Assembly (NCBI GenBank): GCA_045600945.1
Contig: JAZRYX010000027.1
Location: forward strand, 1,730 to 65,729
DNA: 64,000 bases
Origin: Lachnospiraceae bacterium
Lineage (GTDB): Bacteria; Bacillota; Clostridia; Lachnospirales; Lachnospiraceae
Direction: 5' to 3'
The notes under the pieces were generated by a model. That model saw nothing but the letters and a program-made list of their open reading frames with translations, was not told the origin of the DNA and made no database searches. Shown one piece after another: positions 1 through 9,754 of this stretch; the stretch's first letter is position 1, and each line of letters starts with the position of its first letter. The position numbers and the translations under genes are program-made.

Positions 1-1359
1 CGGATGAAATCATGATTACTGTCTTACCTTCCTTAACCATCTGTGTCATGAGACGATAAATCTCTGCCTTTGCACCGACATCGATACCACGTGTAGGCTC
101 ATCAAGGAAGAGGATATCCGACTCCTGGAATAACCACTTTGCTATAACGACCTTCTGCTGGTTACCACCTGAAAGATACTGAACCTCTGTCTTGATGGAA
201 GGTGTCATTGTATGAAGCTTATCTACATACTCCTGTGCTGCCTTCTCTTCAAGGCTACTGTTGATAACTCCGCCTTTGATAACTTTATCAAGTGCTACCA
301 GTGTAGTGTTCTTCTCAACTGTCATAATCTGCACAAGACCCTGAAGCTTTCTGTCCTCCGGAACAAGTCCGAGACCGTCTTTGATAGCTGCACGGAAGTT
401 GTGATATTTAACCTTCTTACCGCGAACGGAAACTTCTCCGCCGCGAGTCTTGTCGATACCGAGGATGGCACGAGCGAGCTCTGTACGTCCTGCACCTACA
501 AGTCCGGATATACCGAAGATCTCACCATGCTTAACTTCGAAGCTGATATCTTCAAACATACCTCCGGTCAAATGATCAACCTTAAGTACCGTATCACCGA
601 TCGGAACGACTTCCTTCGGATATTCCTGACCCATCTCACGACCAACCATCATGTTGATGAGTCCCTGGCGGGTAACATTCTCGATAGGAAGTGTATCGAT
701 CATATGACCGTCACGAAGTACTGTTACATTATCGCAAAGATCGAAAACTTCATCAAGTCTGTGAGAAATGTAAATGATAGTGATACCTTTCTCACGAAGC
801 TGACGAACGATGCGGAACATTATCTCAAGCTCACGGTCCGTAAGTACGGCTGAAGGCTCGTCCATAACGAGAATCTGTGAATTTGCATTGATAGCATGCA
901 TGATCTCAACGATCTGCTTCTTTGCAACCGAAAGTGATGAAACCTGTGCGTTAACATCAATATCCATACCGAGGTCATCAACGATTTCCTGAGCACGCTT
1001 TCTCATACCCTTCCAGTCAACAAGTCCGTTGGATGTCGTAAGTACGTTACCGAGGAACATGTTCTCTGCTACCGAAAGCGGCTCGGCAAGTTTGATTTCC
1101 TGATGAACAACTGCGATACCGGTGTGACGGGCCTGGATAGGAGTTGCGAAATGCTCCTGCTTATCATTCATCCAGATCTCACCGGCTGTCGGCTGATATA
1201 TACCAGCCAGAATTTTAATAAGTGTTGACTTACCGGCACCGTTTTCTCCTACGAGTCCGTGGATGGTACCGCGTTCAACATTAACGGATACATCATCAAG
1301 CGCCCTTACACCGGGGAACTGCTTTGTAATGCCCTTTAATTTAAGAATATAGTCTGCCA
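1..1359 (-). CDS. Sugar (ribose/galactoside-type) ABC transporter ATP-binding protein with two ABC domains; the 3' end runs off the window
   Basis: Reverse translation from the ATG at 1359-1357 gives MADYILKLKGITKQFPGVRALDDVSVNVERGTIHGLVGENGAGKSTL (Walker A). Near the window edge it reads SDILFLDEPTRGIDVGAKAEIY (second Walker B/D-loop). It is absent from the ORF track because no stop codon lies in the window. Confidence 0.9.
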
Positions 1360-1410
1360 TATTTTCCCAACCTTTCTTTTTTGATTTTTATTAGTTTCCG
1401 GTTAGGTAAA

Positions 1411-2394
1411 TCAAGACTTCTTCATGTTGCCGACAACGTCGAGAGTTACGGCCATAACAAGTACGATACCCTTAAGTACATCCTGTACGAACGGGTCAAC
1501 GCCCATCTGTGAGAATCCGTTGAAGAGGATATTAAGGAAGAGCGCACCGAACATTGTTCCGATAACACGTCCCTTACCACCTGCAAGAGATACACCACCG
1601 ATGATAGATGAAATAACTGCGTCGAACTCGTAGTTCTGTCCGTTTGTAACAGCTACCGAGTTAAGACGTGACATAAGTACGATACCGCCGAATGTGGAAA
1701 GGATAGAACCAAGGATAAATGTTCCGAAGTGATACTTCTTAACATCGATACCTGAGAAGAATGCTGCTTCCTTTGATCCACCTACTGCATAGATGTTACG
1801 TCCGACTTTGGTCTTTGTTGTAACAAACTGGGCAATTACATAAAGGAGTACCATGATAACAGCACAAATCGGAACTACGCCGCCGATGTATCCACGACCG
1901 AGCCATGAAATAGACTCCGGCATCTTCGGAATCGGAACAGCTTGTGTAACGAGCTTTGCAACACCGTAGCAAATGTACTGTGTACCAAGTGTAGCGATCA
2001 TTGCCGGAACTCCGATGTATGCAACCATTGTTCCGTTGATAGAACCAACCACAAGTCCGATTGCGAACATAACGAGAATCGCTACAGGAACAGGTGTGCC
2101 ACCCTTCATAAGAATAGCTCCGACACAGGATGTAAGACAAAGCATACGTCCGAGTGAAAGGTCGAAGTTTCCGCCGATGAGCATTATTGACTGTCCGATA
2201 GCAACAATGGCGATTGTTGATGTCTGAAGCAAAATGTTCTTGATGTTACTCCATGTAAGGAAGTACTGCGCACCAAACTTAACAAATGATAAAATTGAGA
2301 ATACGATAAGCAGTAAAAGAATACCTACTATCGACATCCAGTCCTTTGCAAGAGCTCCGATTCTGCTCTTTGCAGATTTACTTGCTGTAGCCAT
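1411..2394 (-). CDS. Sugar ABC transporter permease (RbsC/branched-type permease family)
   Basis: 327-aa polytopic membrane protein. It has the typical RbsC-like N-terminus (KDWMSIVGILLLLIVFSI...) and lies directly downstream of the ABC ATPase. Confidence 0.85.
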   Translation of the reverse strand: MATASKSAKSRIGALAKDWMSIVGILLLLIVFSILSFVKFGAQYFLTWSNIKNILLQTSTIAIVAIGQSIMLIGGNFDLSLGRMLCLTSCVGAILMKGGTPVPVAILVMFAIGLVVGSINGTMVAYIGVPAMIATLGTQYICYGVAKLVTQAVPIPKMPESISWLGRGYIGGVVPICAVIMVLLYVIAQFVTTKTKVGRNIYAVGGSKEAAFFSGIDVKKYHFGTFILGSILSTFGGIVLMSRLNSVAVTNGQNYEFDAVISSIIGGVSLAGGKGRVIGTMFGALFLNILFNGFSQMGVDPFVQDVLKGIVLVMAVTLDVVGNMKKS

Positions 2395-2451
2395 AATTTC
2401 CCTCCAAGATTTTGTTTTTTATATATAGCTGATTATTTTTATCTTACTCTA

Positions 2452-3165
2452 TCAGTCCAGCGGCAACAGACATTTCGTGCTGTAGCGAGGATAAACATTG
2501 TAAGGTTTAAAACCTTCTGCATATGGAACACCGCACTGATATCCGCGGTACTTTGAACATGTCTTTACCATATCCGCAAAATCGATATTGTCATGCTCAT
2601 ACATCCATTTAAGCTGTGACTCGTGACAGTTTAACGCTTCAATCTTCTTGTCAATCTGATCCGTGATATTTACATAGATTGCCGGCTGGAAGTTCACTCC
2701 CGCAAGCGTGTCCATAAAATAAACCGGAACGAAGCTGTCATACGCATCATACTTTCTGTTTCTGTGAGCAAGTCCTGAGCAGAAACTACCGTTAACCGCA
2801 AGGCGACTGGTCTCCATATGATCCTGCATATAATCATCGTCGTTGTGAGTGATGATGACATCAGGTCTTACGAAACGAACCACATCTGCTACTGCATCGA
2901 TAACATCCTGGTCATGGCTGTCCACTCTTAGATCGCCGACATCGATGTTGAATACCTGCTTAACACCCAAAACCTTACCGGCCTCTTCAGCCTCTTTAGT
3001 CCTGATGACTCTGAGCTCATCCGGTTCAATAACGACATGACCCAGATTGCCGTTTGCCACATGGGCTTCATAAACATCTGCACCTCTTTCCACATACTTC
3101 CGCAGAGTTCCGCCGCACGCGATTTCAAGATCGTCGGGATGACATCCAATTGCTAAAACTCTCAT
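2452..3165 (-). CDS. PIG-L/LmbE family N-acetylglucosaminyl deacetylase
   Basis: The N-terminus MRVLAIGCHPDDLEIACGGTL carries the PIG-L signature HPDDxE. Length is 237 aa. Confidence 0.85.
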   Translation of the reverse strand: MRVLAIGCHPDDLEIACGGTLRKYVERGADVYEAHVANGNLGHVVIEPDELRVIRTKEAEEAGKVLGVKQVFNIDVGDLRVDSHDQDVIDAVADVVRFVRPDVIITHNDDDYMQDHMETSRLAVNGSFCSGLAHRNRKYDAYDSFVPVYFMDTLAGVNFQPAIYVNITDQIDKKIEALNCHESQLKWMYEHDNIDFADMVKTCSKYRGYQCGVPYAEGFKPYNVYPRYSTKCLLPLD

Positions 3166-3326
3166 ATGACTTCCCTTCTTTTCTCTTAATTTTACATTAC
3201 AAAAAAAATGTCAAAAGAGAAACTGCTTTAACAAGTTTATTTTAGTTGATTTTACCTAATTTTTCATTATAATATAGGGTAATGAGTTTATAATATCGGC
3301 TACAGTAGCTGAAAAGGGGATGCAAA

Positions 3327-4202
3327 ATGTTCTTATATCACAAACTTATACCGCAATTTGATATAGATTCTCTTATTAATGCCTCTTTTTACCATATGAC
3401 ACCGAAGTTTCAGGGATTCGCCGAATCTCATGATTTCTGGGAACTGGTATACTGCGACAAAGGCCAGGTACTGGTACAGGCAGGAGATAATCACTATGTT
3501 CTTAAAGCCGGCGAGATGGTCTTCCACTGTCCCAATGAGTGGCATGATGCAAAAGGCTTCGGTTCAAAACCGGCTGACGTCATCATTATCGCTTTCACAT
3601 GCAACAGTCCATATATGTCCATGTTTGAAAAAAAGGTTCTCTTTCTGGGACCGCGTGAAAAAGAATGCCTTCGTACCATCGTTGATGAGTCCGAGGCTTC
3701 TTATGCCTTCTTTGACATAGAACCTCCATACGTTAACCTGACCAGAAAAGACGATGCTCCTTTTGCCAGCGATCAGATTATCAAATCTCAGCTCGAACTG
3801 CTGCTTATATACATTGCCCGCGGTAACCGGGATGTGCTCTCCAGTCCGAATGAGATTTCTTCAAACATCATGCACCAGCACGAGCATCTTGCAGAGGAAG
3901 CCAAACAATACATGCAGGATCACCTGAATGAAAAAGTCACTTTAAAAGATATCGCATCCAGCCTGGGTATAAGTGTTTCGCTGCTGAAGCGTATCTTCCA
4001 TGAACAGACGGATTCTTCTGTCATCGCATATATGACCAACATGAAGATAATTGAGGCTAAGCGTCTTATACGAAGCAATGCGATGAACTTCACGCAGATT
4101 TCCGAATCGCTCGGATATGATAACATCCACTATTTTTCTTCGCAGTTTAAAAAACAGACCGGCATGACTCCTACGGAGTATGCACGGTCTGTGAGAAAAT
4201 AA
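3327..4202 (+). CDS. AraC family transcriptional regulator (cupin-like sensor plus C-terminal HTH)
   Basis: The C-terminal region reads ...LKDIASSLGISVSLLKRIFHEQ...NIHYFSSQFKKQTGMTPTEYAR, a typical AraC double HTH. It is divergent from the sugar genes. Confidence 0.85.
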   Translation: MFLYHKLIPQFDIDSLINASFYHMTPKFQGFAESHDFWELVYCDKGQVLVQAGDNHYVLKAGEMVFHCPNEWHDAKGFGSKPADVIIIAFTCNSPYMSMFEKKVLFLGPREKECLRTIVDESEASYAFFDIEPPYVNLTRKDDAPFASDQIIKSQLELLLIYIARGNRDVLSSPNEISSNIMHQHEHLAEEAKQYMQDHLNEKVTLKDIASSLGISVSLLKRIFHEQTDSSVIAYMTNMKIIEAKRLIRSNAMNFTQISESLGYDNIHYFSSQFKKQTGMTPTEYARSVRK

Positions 4203-4215
4203 ATATATATTTTGA

Positions 4216-5166
4216 TCAGTTTGCATCCGGAACCAGCGGTCCTGCAAGCTCTTCCATAAAGAAAAGCTTACCCGGCATAGTCGGGATACGTGATGATGTG
4301 ACAAATCTTGTCGGTCCGTATCTTAACGTCATCCAGAAGCTCATGCCCTGCCACTGCATGCCTCTTGAAAGGATACCGTCTGCACCTCCGATGCAGTAAT
4401 CTGAATTGAAGATGATGTTCGGTCCGATTGTATTTGCATAGCATGGGATAAGCGGCCATGACGACTTAAATGATGTGATAGCATTCTGCTCGATTGTGAA
4501 CGGATGCAATCTTGCGCCTATTCTGTATGGCTGCTCCAGCCACTCTTTGTCGCTCTTGAACTCATCAGCGAAATGCGGCTCCCAGAATGCGATATGGCAC
4601 ATTCTTCCGATTCCGTATACCATTACCTGTTTTGCGCCTTCTTTTCTCAGCTTAGCCATCTTTTCCGGATATGTCGGAAGGTTTGTCTTTGTTGCAAAGT
4701 TTCTCTGCTTTACCGGTACCGTAAGTTTTCCGAGTGGTCCGTAGAATGCTTCTACCATTGCATTGGTAAATGCTGCCGGATCCGATGCGGGAAGTGTATT
4801 GCCATTCTCATCTGCCCACTCATCCATATTGAATCCGTATACATGCTTACAGTCTATATTAAGCTGTTTGATGAAGTAAACTGCCCATTTGTACATTCCC
4901 ATAGGCCCTACAGGAAGGATAAGGATAAGTTTTCTTCCGGCTTCTTTTGTCTCCTTGATCTGCATAGCGATCTCGAATCCCATGTATGCACCGAACTCTT
5001 CAAGATCCGTACACTTTACTACCTGGAAATTTTTGTTCCAGAACTTCTGACGGTCAAAGACTGTCTCCGGAGCATTACTTACACATTTTTTGATCTTTTC
5101 GATATCCCAGCCCTTTGGAAATACTTCCGAAAAATATGAGCCTTTTAAGGTATCTAACATATCCAT
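4216..5166 (-). CDS. Glucosamine-6-phosphate deaminase/6-phosphogluconolactonase-superfamily protein (NagB-like)
   Basis: 316 aa. Core region LILILPVGPMGMYKW...VYGFNMDEW resembles the NagB/Pgl sugar-phosphate isomerase fold. The amino-sugar context (PIG-L deacetylase nearby) is consistent. Confidence 0.6.
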   Translation of the reverse strand: MDMLDTLKGSYFSEVFPKGWDIEKIKKCVSNAPETVFDRQKFWNKNFQVVKCTDLEEFGAYMGFEIAMQIKETKEAGRKLILILPVGPMGMYKWAVYFIKQLNIDCKHVYGFNMDEWADENGNTLPASDPAAFTNAMVEAFYGPLGKLTVPVKQRNFATKTNLPTYPEKMAKLRKEGAKQVMVYGIGRMCHIAFWEPHFADEFKSDKEWLEQPYRIGARLHPFTIEQNAITSFKSSWPLIPCYANTIGPNIIFNSDYCIGGADGILSRGMQWQGMSFWMTLRYGPTRFVTSSRIPTMPGKLFFMEELAGPLVPDAN

Positions 5167-5262
5167 AAAACAGTTCCTCCTAAATATTATTTCTGCAGTG
5201 ATTACCTTCGTAATCTCTTAAATAGATATACCACAATCAATAAGATGTGTCAAAGAAATAAC

Positions 5263-5287
5263 TAAAAAAGAAGTCCGAAGACTCCTT
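5263..5287 (-). terminator. Rho-independent terminator after tRNA-Trp
   Basis: The minus strand reads AAGGAGTC-UUCG-GACUUCUU (8 bp with one G-U, UUCG tetraloop), followed by a T-run. Confidence 0.7.
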
Positions 5288-5295
5288 TAATAAAG

Positions 5296-5366
5296 CAGGG
5301 GAAGAGGGATTCGAACCCCCATCGGCGGTTTTGGAGACCGTAGCTCTACCATTGAACTATTCCCCT
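5296..5366 (-). tRNA. tRNA-Trp (anticodon CCA), CCA tail not encoded
   Basis: The minus strand is AGGGGAATAGTTCAATGGTAGAGCTACGGTCTCCAAAACCGCCGATGGGGGTTCGAATCCCTCTTCCCCTG. It folds by hand into a cloverleaf: 7-bp acceptor stem, anticodon loop CTCCAAA, T-loop TTCGAAT. Confidence 0.93.
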
Positions 5367-5436
5367 ATCATATGCGGGTGCTTTTTTGATGCACTCGCAT
5401 ATATTATCACATATAGACTGTAGTGTCAAATCTTAT

Positions 5437-7884
5437 TTAACCCTCTTCGATTATCGTTGCCGGTCCGTTGAATTCGATAAGAAGCATAGTCATATCGTCG
5501 AACTGATCAGCCTCTCCCGCGAACTCATCAACATTGGCTTTGACTCCTTTTATAGTAGTCTTCGGACTGTCTGTCGTGTGCTCATTGAGATAATTAATCA
5601 GCCTTTCCTCACCGTAAAGCTCGTTGGAAATATTCTGAGCTTCTACGATACCATCGGTATAGAGGAATAACTTATCTCCCGGATTAAGATCCAGAGACTG
5701 GAGCTTATATTTGATTCCTTCCATACCTGCAAGTACAAATCCGACTTTGGACCTAAGATATGACCAACCTTCTTTATCGCGGTATACAAGCGGCGGGTTA
5801 TGCCCGGCATTGGCAAAATCAATATGCCCCGTATTGATATCCAGTAAGCCCTGCCATGCTGTTACGAACATCTCCGCATCGTTATTATCGCAAAGCTTTG
5901 TATTGGCCACTTCAAAAGTATCGTTGACCGAAAAACCCGCGGATATAAATCCGTTAATCATGGTCTTGGCCTGCATCATGAACATCGCCGCAGGTATACC
6001 TTTACCCGAAACATCGGCGATAAGAAATGCCAGCTTGTTATCTTCAGGCATATAGAAATCGTAGAAATCTCCACCGACTTCCTTTGCCGCATCCATCGAC
6101 GCATATATGTCGAATTCATGAACATCGGGAAATGCCGGAAATTTCGACGGAAGCGCCGAAAGCTGTATGTTCTTTGCAAATTCGAGTTCCTGATCGATTC
6201 GCGCTTCTGCCTCTGCAATATATTCTTTAAGTCTGTCAACCGTCGTATTGATTTCATCTGACAACTTGTTGAACTCTACTGTAGATCTGACATCAACAAC
6301 TTCATTAAGATCTCCGTCAGTAATCTTTTCAAGACTTGAATTGACTTTCTTAAGTCTTTTTACAACTACAGCATTTATTCCGAAGAAGACAGCTGCAAAA
6401 AGGAATGCAAATACCAATATCTGACTGAATACATTCATGTAAATATTGAAATCACGGCTTAACATTGCCTCTTTAACTGATTGAACGGCGATAATGTTGT
6501 ATCCGTCTTCCCTTTCATACATACAATAAGAGTCTTCTCCGAAAACTTCAGTTTTATATGTTACAAGAGGTTCTGCTTCATCCCATACCCAAATACCTGC
6601 TGTCATCAGATTTTTTCCTACTGCTTCTTCCAATGAAGAACTGAGGATCCTGTTATTGCCGCCGACAACAAGCAGATACCCTGTATTACCTATATGTCTG
6701 TTTTTTGCAACCGAATAAAGTGAATCCGAAACAATATTGAGCAGCCCGACATCGTCTACTCCGACCTGAATAAATCCTCCGTCTTTCGTTGCGGCACCGG
6801 CGTATTTCCTTTTGATTGAAGAGTCAATTGATACCGGCATGTATTCCTGAACCAGCGTCTTTTCTCCGTAAAGGAGCTTCATGAACTCACGGGATTGTTT
6901 TCCGGAATTCATATTATAATTAATAAATGAACTGTTATTACTATCCTCGATGATACCATACGGGTTTACGATATTTACCTCTGTGACACCATACCATTTT
7001 GCAATTGTATCCGTATCTCTAAATGTATCGCTATCATATTCCTTTGCTACATTTTTAGCGATTTCAATCATCTTTTCATTTGTGATATCCGATACATCCG
7101 CCGCAACATCTTCTATATTTGTCCTCAGAAGCTTGTCAACAGTTTTACTCGTTTGATTCGTCTGGATAACATATGACAAGGTTGAAGTAAGCAAAAACGA
7201 AATCAGGACAATAACAAAAAGCAAAAACTGTATATGATCGGAAATAGTTCGTTTGTTCGTATCCGACTGCTCACTTTGTTTTTTAAGTGCCTTTTTGTTA
7301 ATAATATCAATCAGTCCTGACGAAGCAGACAGCGCAACAGAATTTGCAAGTATCATCGGCATTGTGCATAGTTTCAGCACTTCCACAGCCTGTGTAACAT
7401 CGTCTGTATGAGTGATGAATACCATCATCATATGGAATGCTTCAATTATTACACCGATGAGAAATGCAATATACCACGACGGTTTTTTTTCTTCAAATAT
7501 GTATTTTCTCATCAATGCAGCGTAGATACCTGCAATGAATGTTGATACCGTGCATGCAATCTTGGTATAAACACCTATGCCGAAATATGCTGCTATCCAT
7601 CTGTGAACCGCACCTATTGTTCCTGCAATGATACCTGCAGGGCCACCGAAAAACAAACCGGCGCAAAGCGGAGCCGCATCTCTCGCATTTGCTGTGGCTC
7701 CGCCTACGTCTACCCCGAATATAGTTGCATATATAGCAGCAACTCCAAATACGCATCCAACTATAGCCTGCTGCCCCCAGTATGGAATTTTGTTGAATGC
7801 CGTATGTCTCTTGAGCAGATAAAATATTATTGTCAATATCACCGGAATCATCGCTGTTCCCAGTAATTTGATAATTGTATACAT
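5437..7884 (-). CDS. Membrane sensor PP2C-type phosphatase (5TM LytS-like N-terminal domain, extracellular sensor domain, HAMP, SpoIIE/PP2C domain)
   Basis: 815 aa with a multi-TM N-terminus. A second TM is followed by a HAMP-like segment (VVKRLKKVNSSLEKITDGDLN). The C-terminus has GGDFYDF...LIADVSGKGIPAA...LYTDGIVEA...DDMTMLLIEF, the SpoIIE/PP2C hallmarks. Confidence 0.85.
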   Translation of the reverse strand: MYTIIKLLGTAMIPVILTIIFYLLKRHTAFNKIPYWGQQAIVGCVFGVAAIYATIFGVDVGGATANARDAAPLCAGLFFGGPAGIIAGTIGAVHRWIAAYFGIGVYTKIACTVSTFIAGIYAALMRKYIFEEKKPSWYIAFLIGVIIEAFHMMMVFITHTDDVTQAVEVLKLCTMPMILANSVALSASSGLIDIINKKALKKQSEQSDTNKRTISDHIQFLLFVIVLISFLLTSTLSYVIQTNQTSKTVDKLLRTNIEDVAADVSDITNEKMIEIAKNVAKEYDSDTFRDTDTIAKWYGVTEVNIVNPYGIIEDSNNSSFINYNMNSGKQSREFMKLLYGEKTLVQEYMPVSIDSSIKRKYAGAATKDGGFIQVGVDDVGLLNIVSDSLYSVAKNRHIGNTGYLLVVGGNNRILSSSLEEAVGKNLMTAGIWVWDEAEPLVTYKTEVFGEDSYCMYEREDGYNIIAVQSVKEAMLSRDFNIYMNVFSQILVFAFLFAAVFFGINAVVVKRLKKVNSSLEKITDGDLNEVVDVRSTVEFNKLSDEINTTVDRLKEYIAEAEARIDQELEFAKNIQLSALPSKFPAFPDVHEFDIYASMDAAKEVGGDFYDFYMPEDNKLAFLIADVSGKGIPAAMFMMQAKTMINGFISAGFSVNDTFEVANTKLCDNNDAEMFVTAWQGLLDINTGHIDFANAGHNPPLVYRDKEGWSYLRSKVGFVLAGMEGIKYKLQSLDLNPGDKLFLYTDGIVEAQNISNELYGEERLINYLNEHTTDSPKTTIKGVKANVDEFAGEADQFDDMTMLLIEFNGPATIIEEG

Positions 7885-7909
7885 AAATTAGATAATTCCT
7901 GATTCTATG

Positions 7910-8980
7910 TTATTTGGCAGTCTTCTTTGCAGGAGCTTTCTTTGCTGCTTTCTTTGCTACTTTCTTCTCGCCCCATTTGCCTGCTTTATATGCTTCCTCG
8001 ATTGCTACTGCTACCGAAACAGTCATACCTACCATCGGGTTGTTGCCTGCACCGATAAGACCCATCATCTCAACGTGTGCCGGAACTGATGAAGAACCTG
8101 CAAACTGTGCATCTGAATGCATACGTCCGAGTGTATCTGTCATACCATATGAAGCAGGACCTGCTGCCATGTTATCCGGATGAAGTGTACGTCCTGTACC
8201 GCCGCCCGATGCAACTGAGAAGTACTTCTTGCCCTTCTCTATTCTTTGTTTCTTGTATGTACCTGCTAGCGGATGCTGGAAACGTGTCGGGTTGGTTGAG
8301 TTACCTGTGATGGATACGTCAACATTTTCCTTCCACATGATTGCTACACCCTCGGGAACTGAGTTAGCGCCGTAGCAGTTAACCTTTGCACGAAGACCCT
8401 CTGAATAAGGTGTACGTGATATTTCCTCTACCGTATTTGTATATGGATCATACTTTGTTTCAACAAATGTGAATCCGTTGATACGTGAGATGATCTGTGC
8501 TGCGTCTTTACCAAGTCCGTTAAGAATAACTCTGAGAGGTTTCTTACGAACTTTGTTTGCCTTCTCTGCGATACCGATAGCACCCTCAGCTGCTGCGAAT
8601 GACTCATGACCTGCAAGGAAGCAGAAGCACTCTGTCTTCTCTTCAAGAAGCATCTTGCCGAGGTTACCATGTCCGAGACCAACCTTACGTGTATCTGCAA
8701 CTGATCCGGGGATACAGAAACTCTGAAGTCCCTCGCCGATAGCTGCCGCTGCCTCAGAAGCCTTTGTACAACCCTTCTTGATTGCAACTGCTGCACCGAC
8801 TGTGTATGCCCAGCATGCATTCTCGAAACAGATAGGCTGAATCTTCTTTACCATTTCATAAACATCAAGTCCTGCTGCTTTTGTAATCTTCTCACACTCA
8901 GCGATATCCTTAATGCCGTATGTCTTAAGTAATGCGTTAATCTGATCAATACGTCTCTCATAAGACTCAAATAATGCCAT
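7910..8980 (-). CDS. GGGtGRT family protein (function unknown) with a Lys/Ala-rich C-terminal tail
   Basis: Contains the name-giving motif ...VASGGGTGRTLHPDNMAAGPASYGMTD. The tail is ...KWGEKKVAKKAAKKAPAKKTAK. Confidence 0.8.
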   Translation of the reverse strand: MALFESYERRIDQINALLKTYGIKDIAECEKITKAAGLDVYEMVKKIQPICFENACWAYTVGAAVAIKKGCTKASEAAAAIGEGLQSFCIPGSVADTRKVGLGHGNLGKMLLEEKTECFCFLAGHESFAAAEGAIGIAEKANKVRKKPLRVILNGLGKDAAQIISRINGFTFVETKYDPYTNTVEEISRTPYSEGLRAKVNCYGANSVPEGVAIMWKENVDVSITGNSTNPTRFQHPLAGTYKKQRIEKGKKYFSVASGGGTGRTLHPDNMAAGPASYGMTDTLGRMHSDAQFAGSSSVPAHVEMMGLIGAGNNPMVGMTVSVAVAIEEAYKAGKWGEKKVAKKAAKKAPAKKTAK

Positions 8981-9002
8981 AGCTTTTATCCTCCTTCACC
9001 TA

Positions 9003-9701
9003 TCATTCTTTACGCGGGTCAATAATCTTAACTGCATCGTCAACACGTCCGTACTGTCCGCTTGCTTTTTCCCATGCTGTTGTAGGATCATCACCCTTCT
9101 TGATGAAGTCGGTCATCTTGCCAAGGTTAACGAACTTGTAACCGATGATCTGGTTGTCCTTGTCAAGAGCGATTCCTGTTACATAACCCTCTGCCATCTC
9201 GAGATAGCGAGGACCTTTCTTTCTTGTTCCGTACATAGTACCTACCTGTGATCTGAGTCCTTTACCAAGATCCTCAAGTCCGGCACCTACTACAAGACCG
9301 TTCTCTGAAAATGCTGACTGTGTTCTGCCGTATGCAATCTGCAGGAACAGCTCACGCATAGCTGTATTGATAGCGTCGCAAACAAGGTCTGTGTTAAGAG
9401 CTTCAAGGATAGTTCTTCCCGGAAGAATCTCAGCTGCCATTGCTGCCGAATGTGTCATTCCCGAGCAACCGAGCGTCTCAACCAAAGCCTCCTCGATAAC
9501 ACCGTTCTTAACGTTAAGTGACAGCTTGCAAGCTCCCTGCTGTGGAGCACACCAGCCTACACCGTGTGTAAAACCACTGATGTCTTTAACATCTTTTGCC
9601 TTGATCCATAATGCTTCCTCCGGTATTTCGGCAGCACCGTGGTTCACGCCCTGCTTAACTTTGCACATCTTATTAACTTGATCTGAATAAATGATGGCCA
9701 T
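9003..9701 (-). CDS. NifU/IscU-like Fe-S scaffold-domain protein
   Basis: Cys-containing segments GVGWCAPQQGACKLSLNV, LGCSGMTHSAAMAAE and LVCDAINTA resemble the IscU N-terminal fold. I moved the start to the ATG at 9701 (MAIIYSDQV), which has AGGAGGA 8 nt upstream. The track start at 9734 has no RBS. Confidence 0.65.
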   Translation of the reverse strand: MAIIYSDQVNKMCKVKQGVNHGAAEIPEEALWIKAKDVKDISGFTHGVGWCAPQQGACKLSLNVKNGVIEEALVETLGCSGMTHSAAMAAEILPGRTILEALNTDLVCDAINTAMRELFLQIAYGRTQSAFSENGLVVGAGLEDLGKGLRSQVGTMYGTRKKGPRYLEMAEGYVTGIALDKDNQIIGYKFVNLGKMTDFIKKGDDPTTAWEKASGQYGRVDDAVKIIDPRKE

Positions 9702-9754
9702 GACGCAACTTCCTCCTACTAAAAATTTAGTCAAAAAATAACATTATAATTTTA

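Noticed and set aside
212-992. Plus-strand ORFs of 213 aa and 60 aa at the left edge.
   Set aside because: They are antisense to the clearly recognisable ABC ATPase gene, which is missing from the track only because it has no stop codon in the window.
5367-5436. Hairpin ATATGCGGGTGC-ttttttgat-GCACTCGCATAT between the phosphatase gene and tRNA-Trp, considered as a terminator or attenuator.
   Set aside because: In the minus-strand (transcribed) sense the stem has an A-C mismatch and no downstream U-tract. It could not be supported as a terminator.
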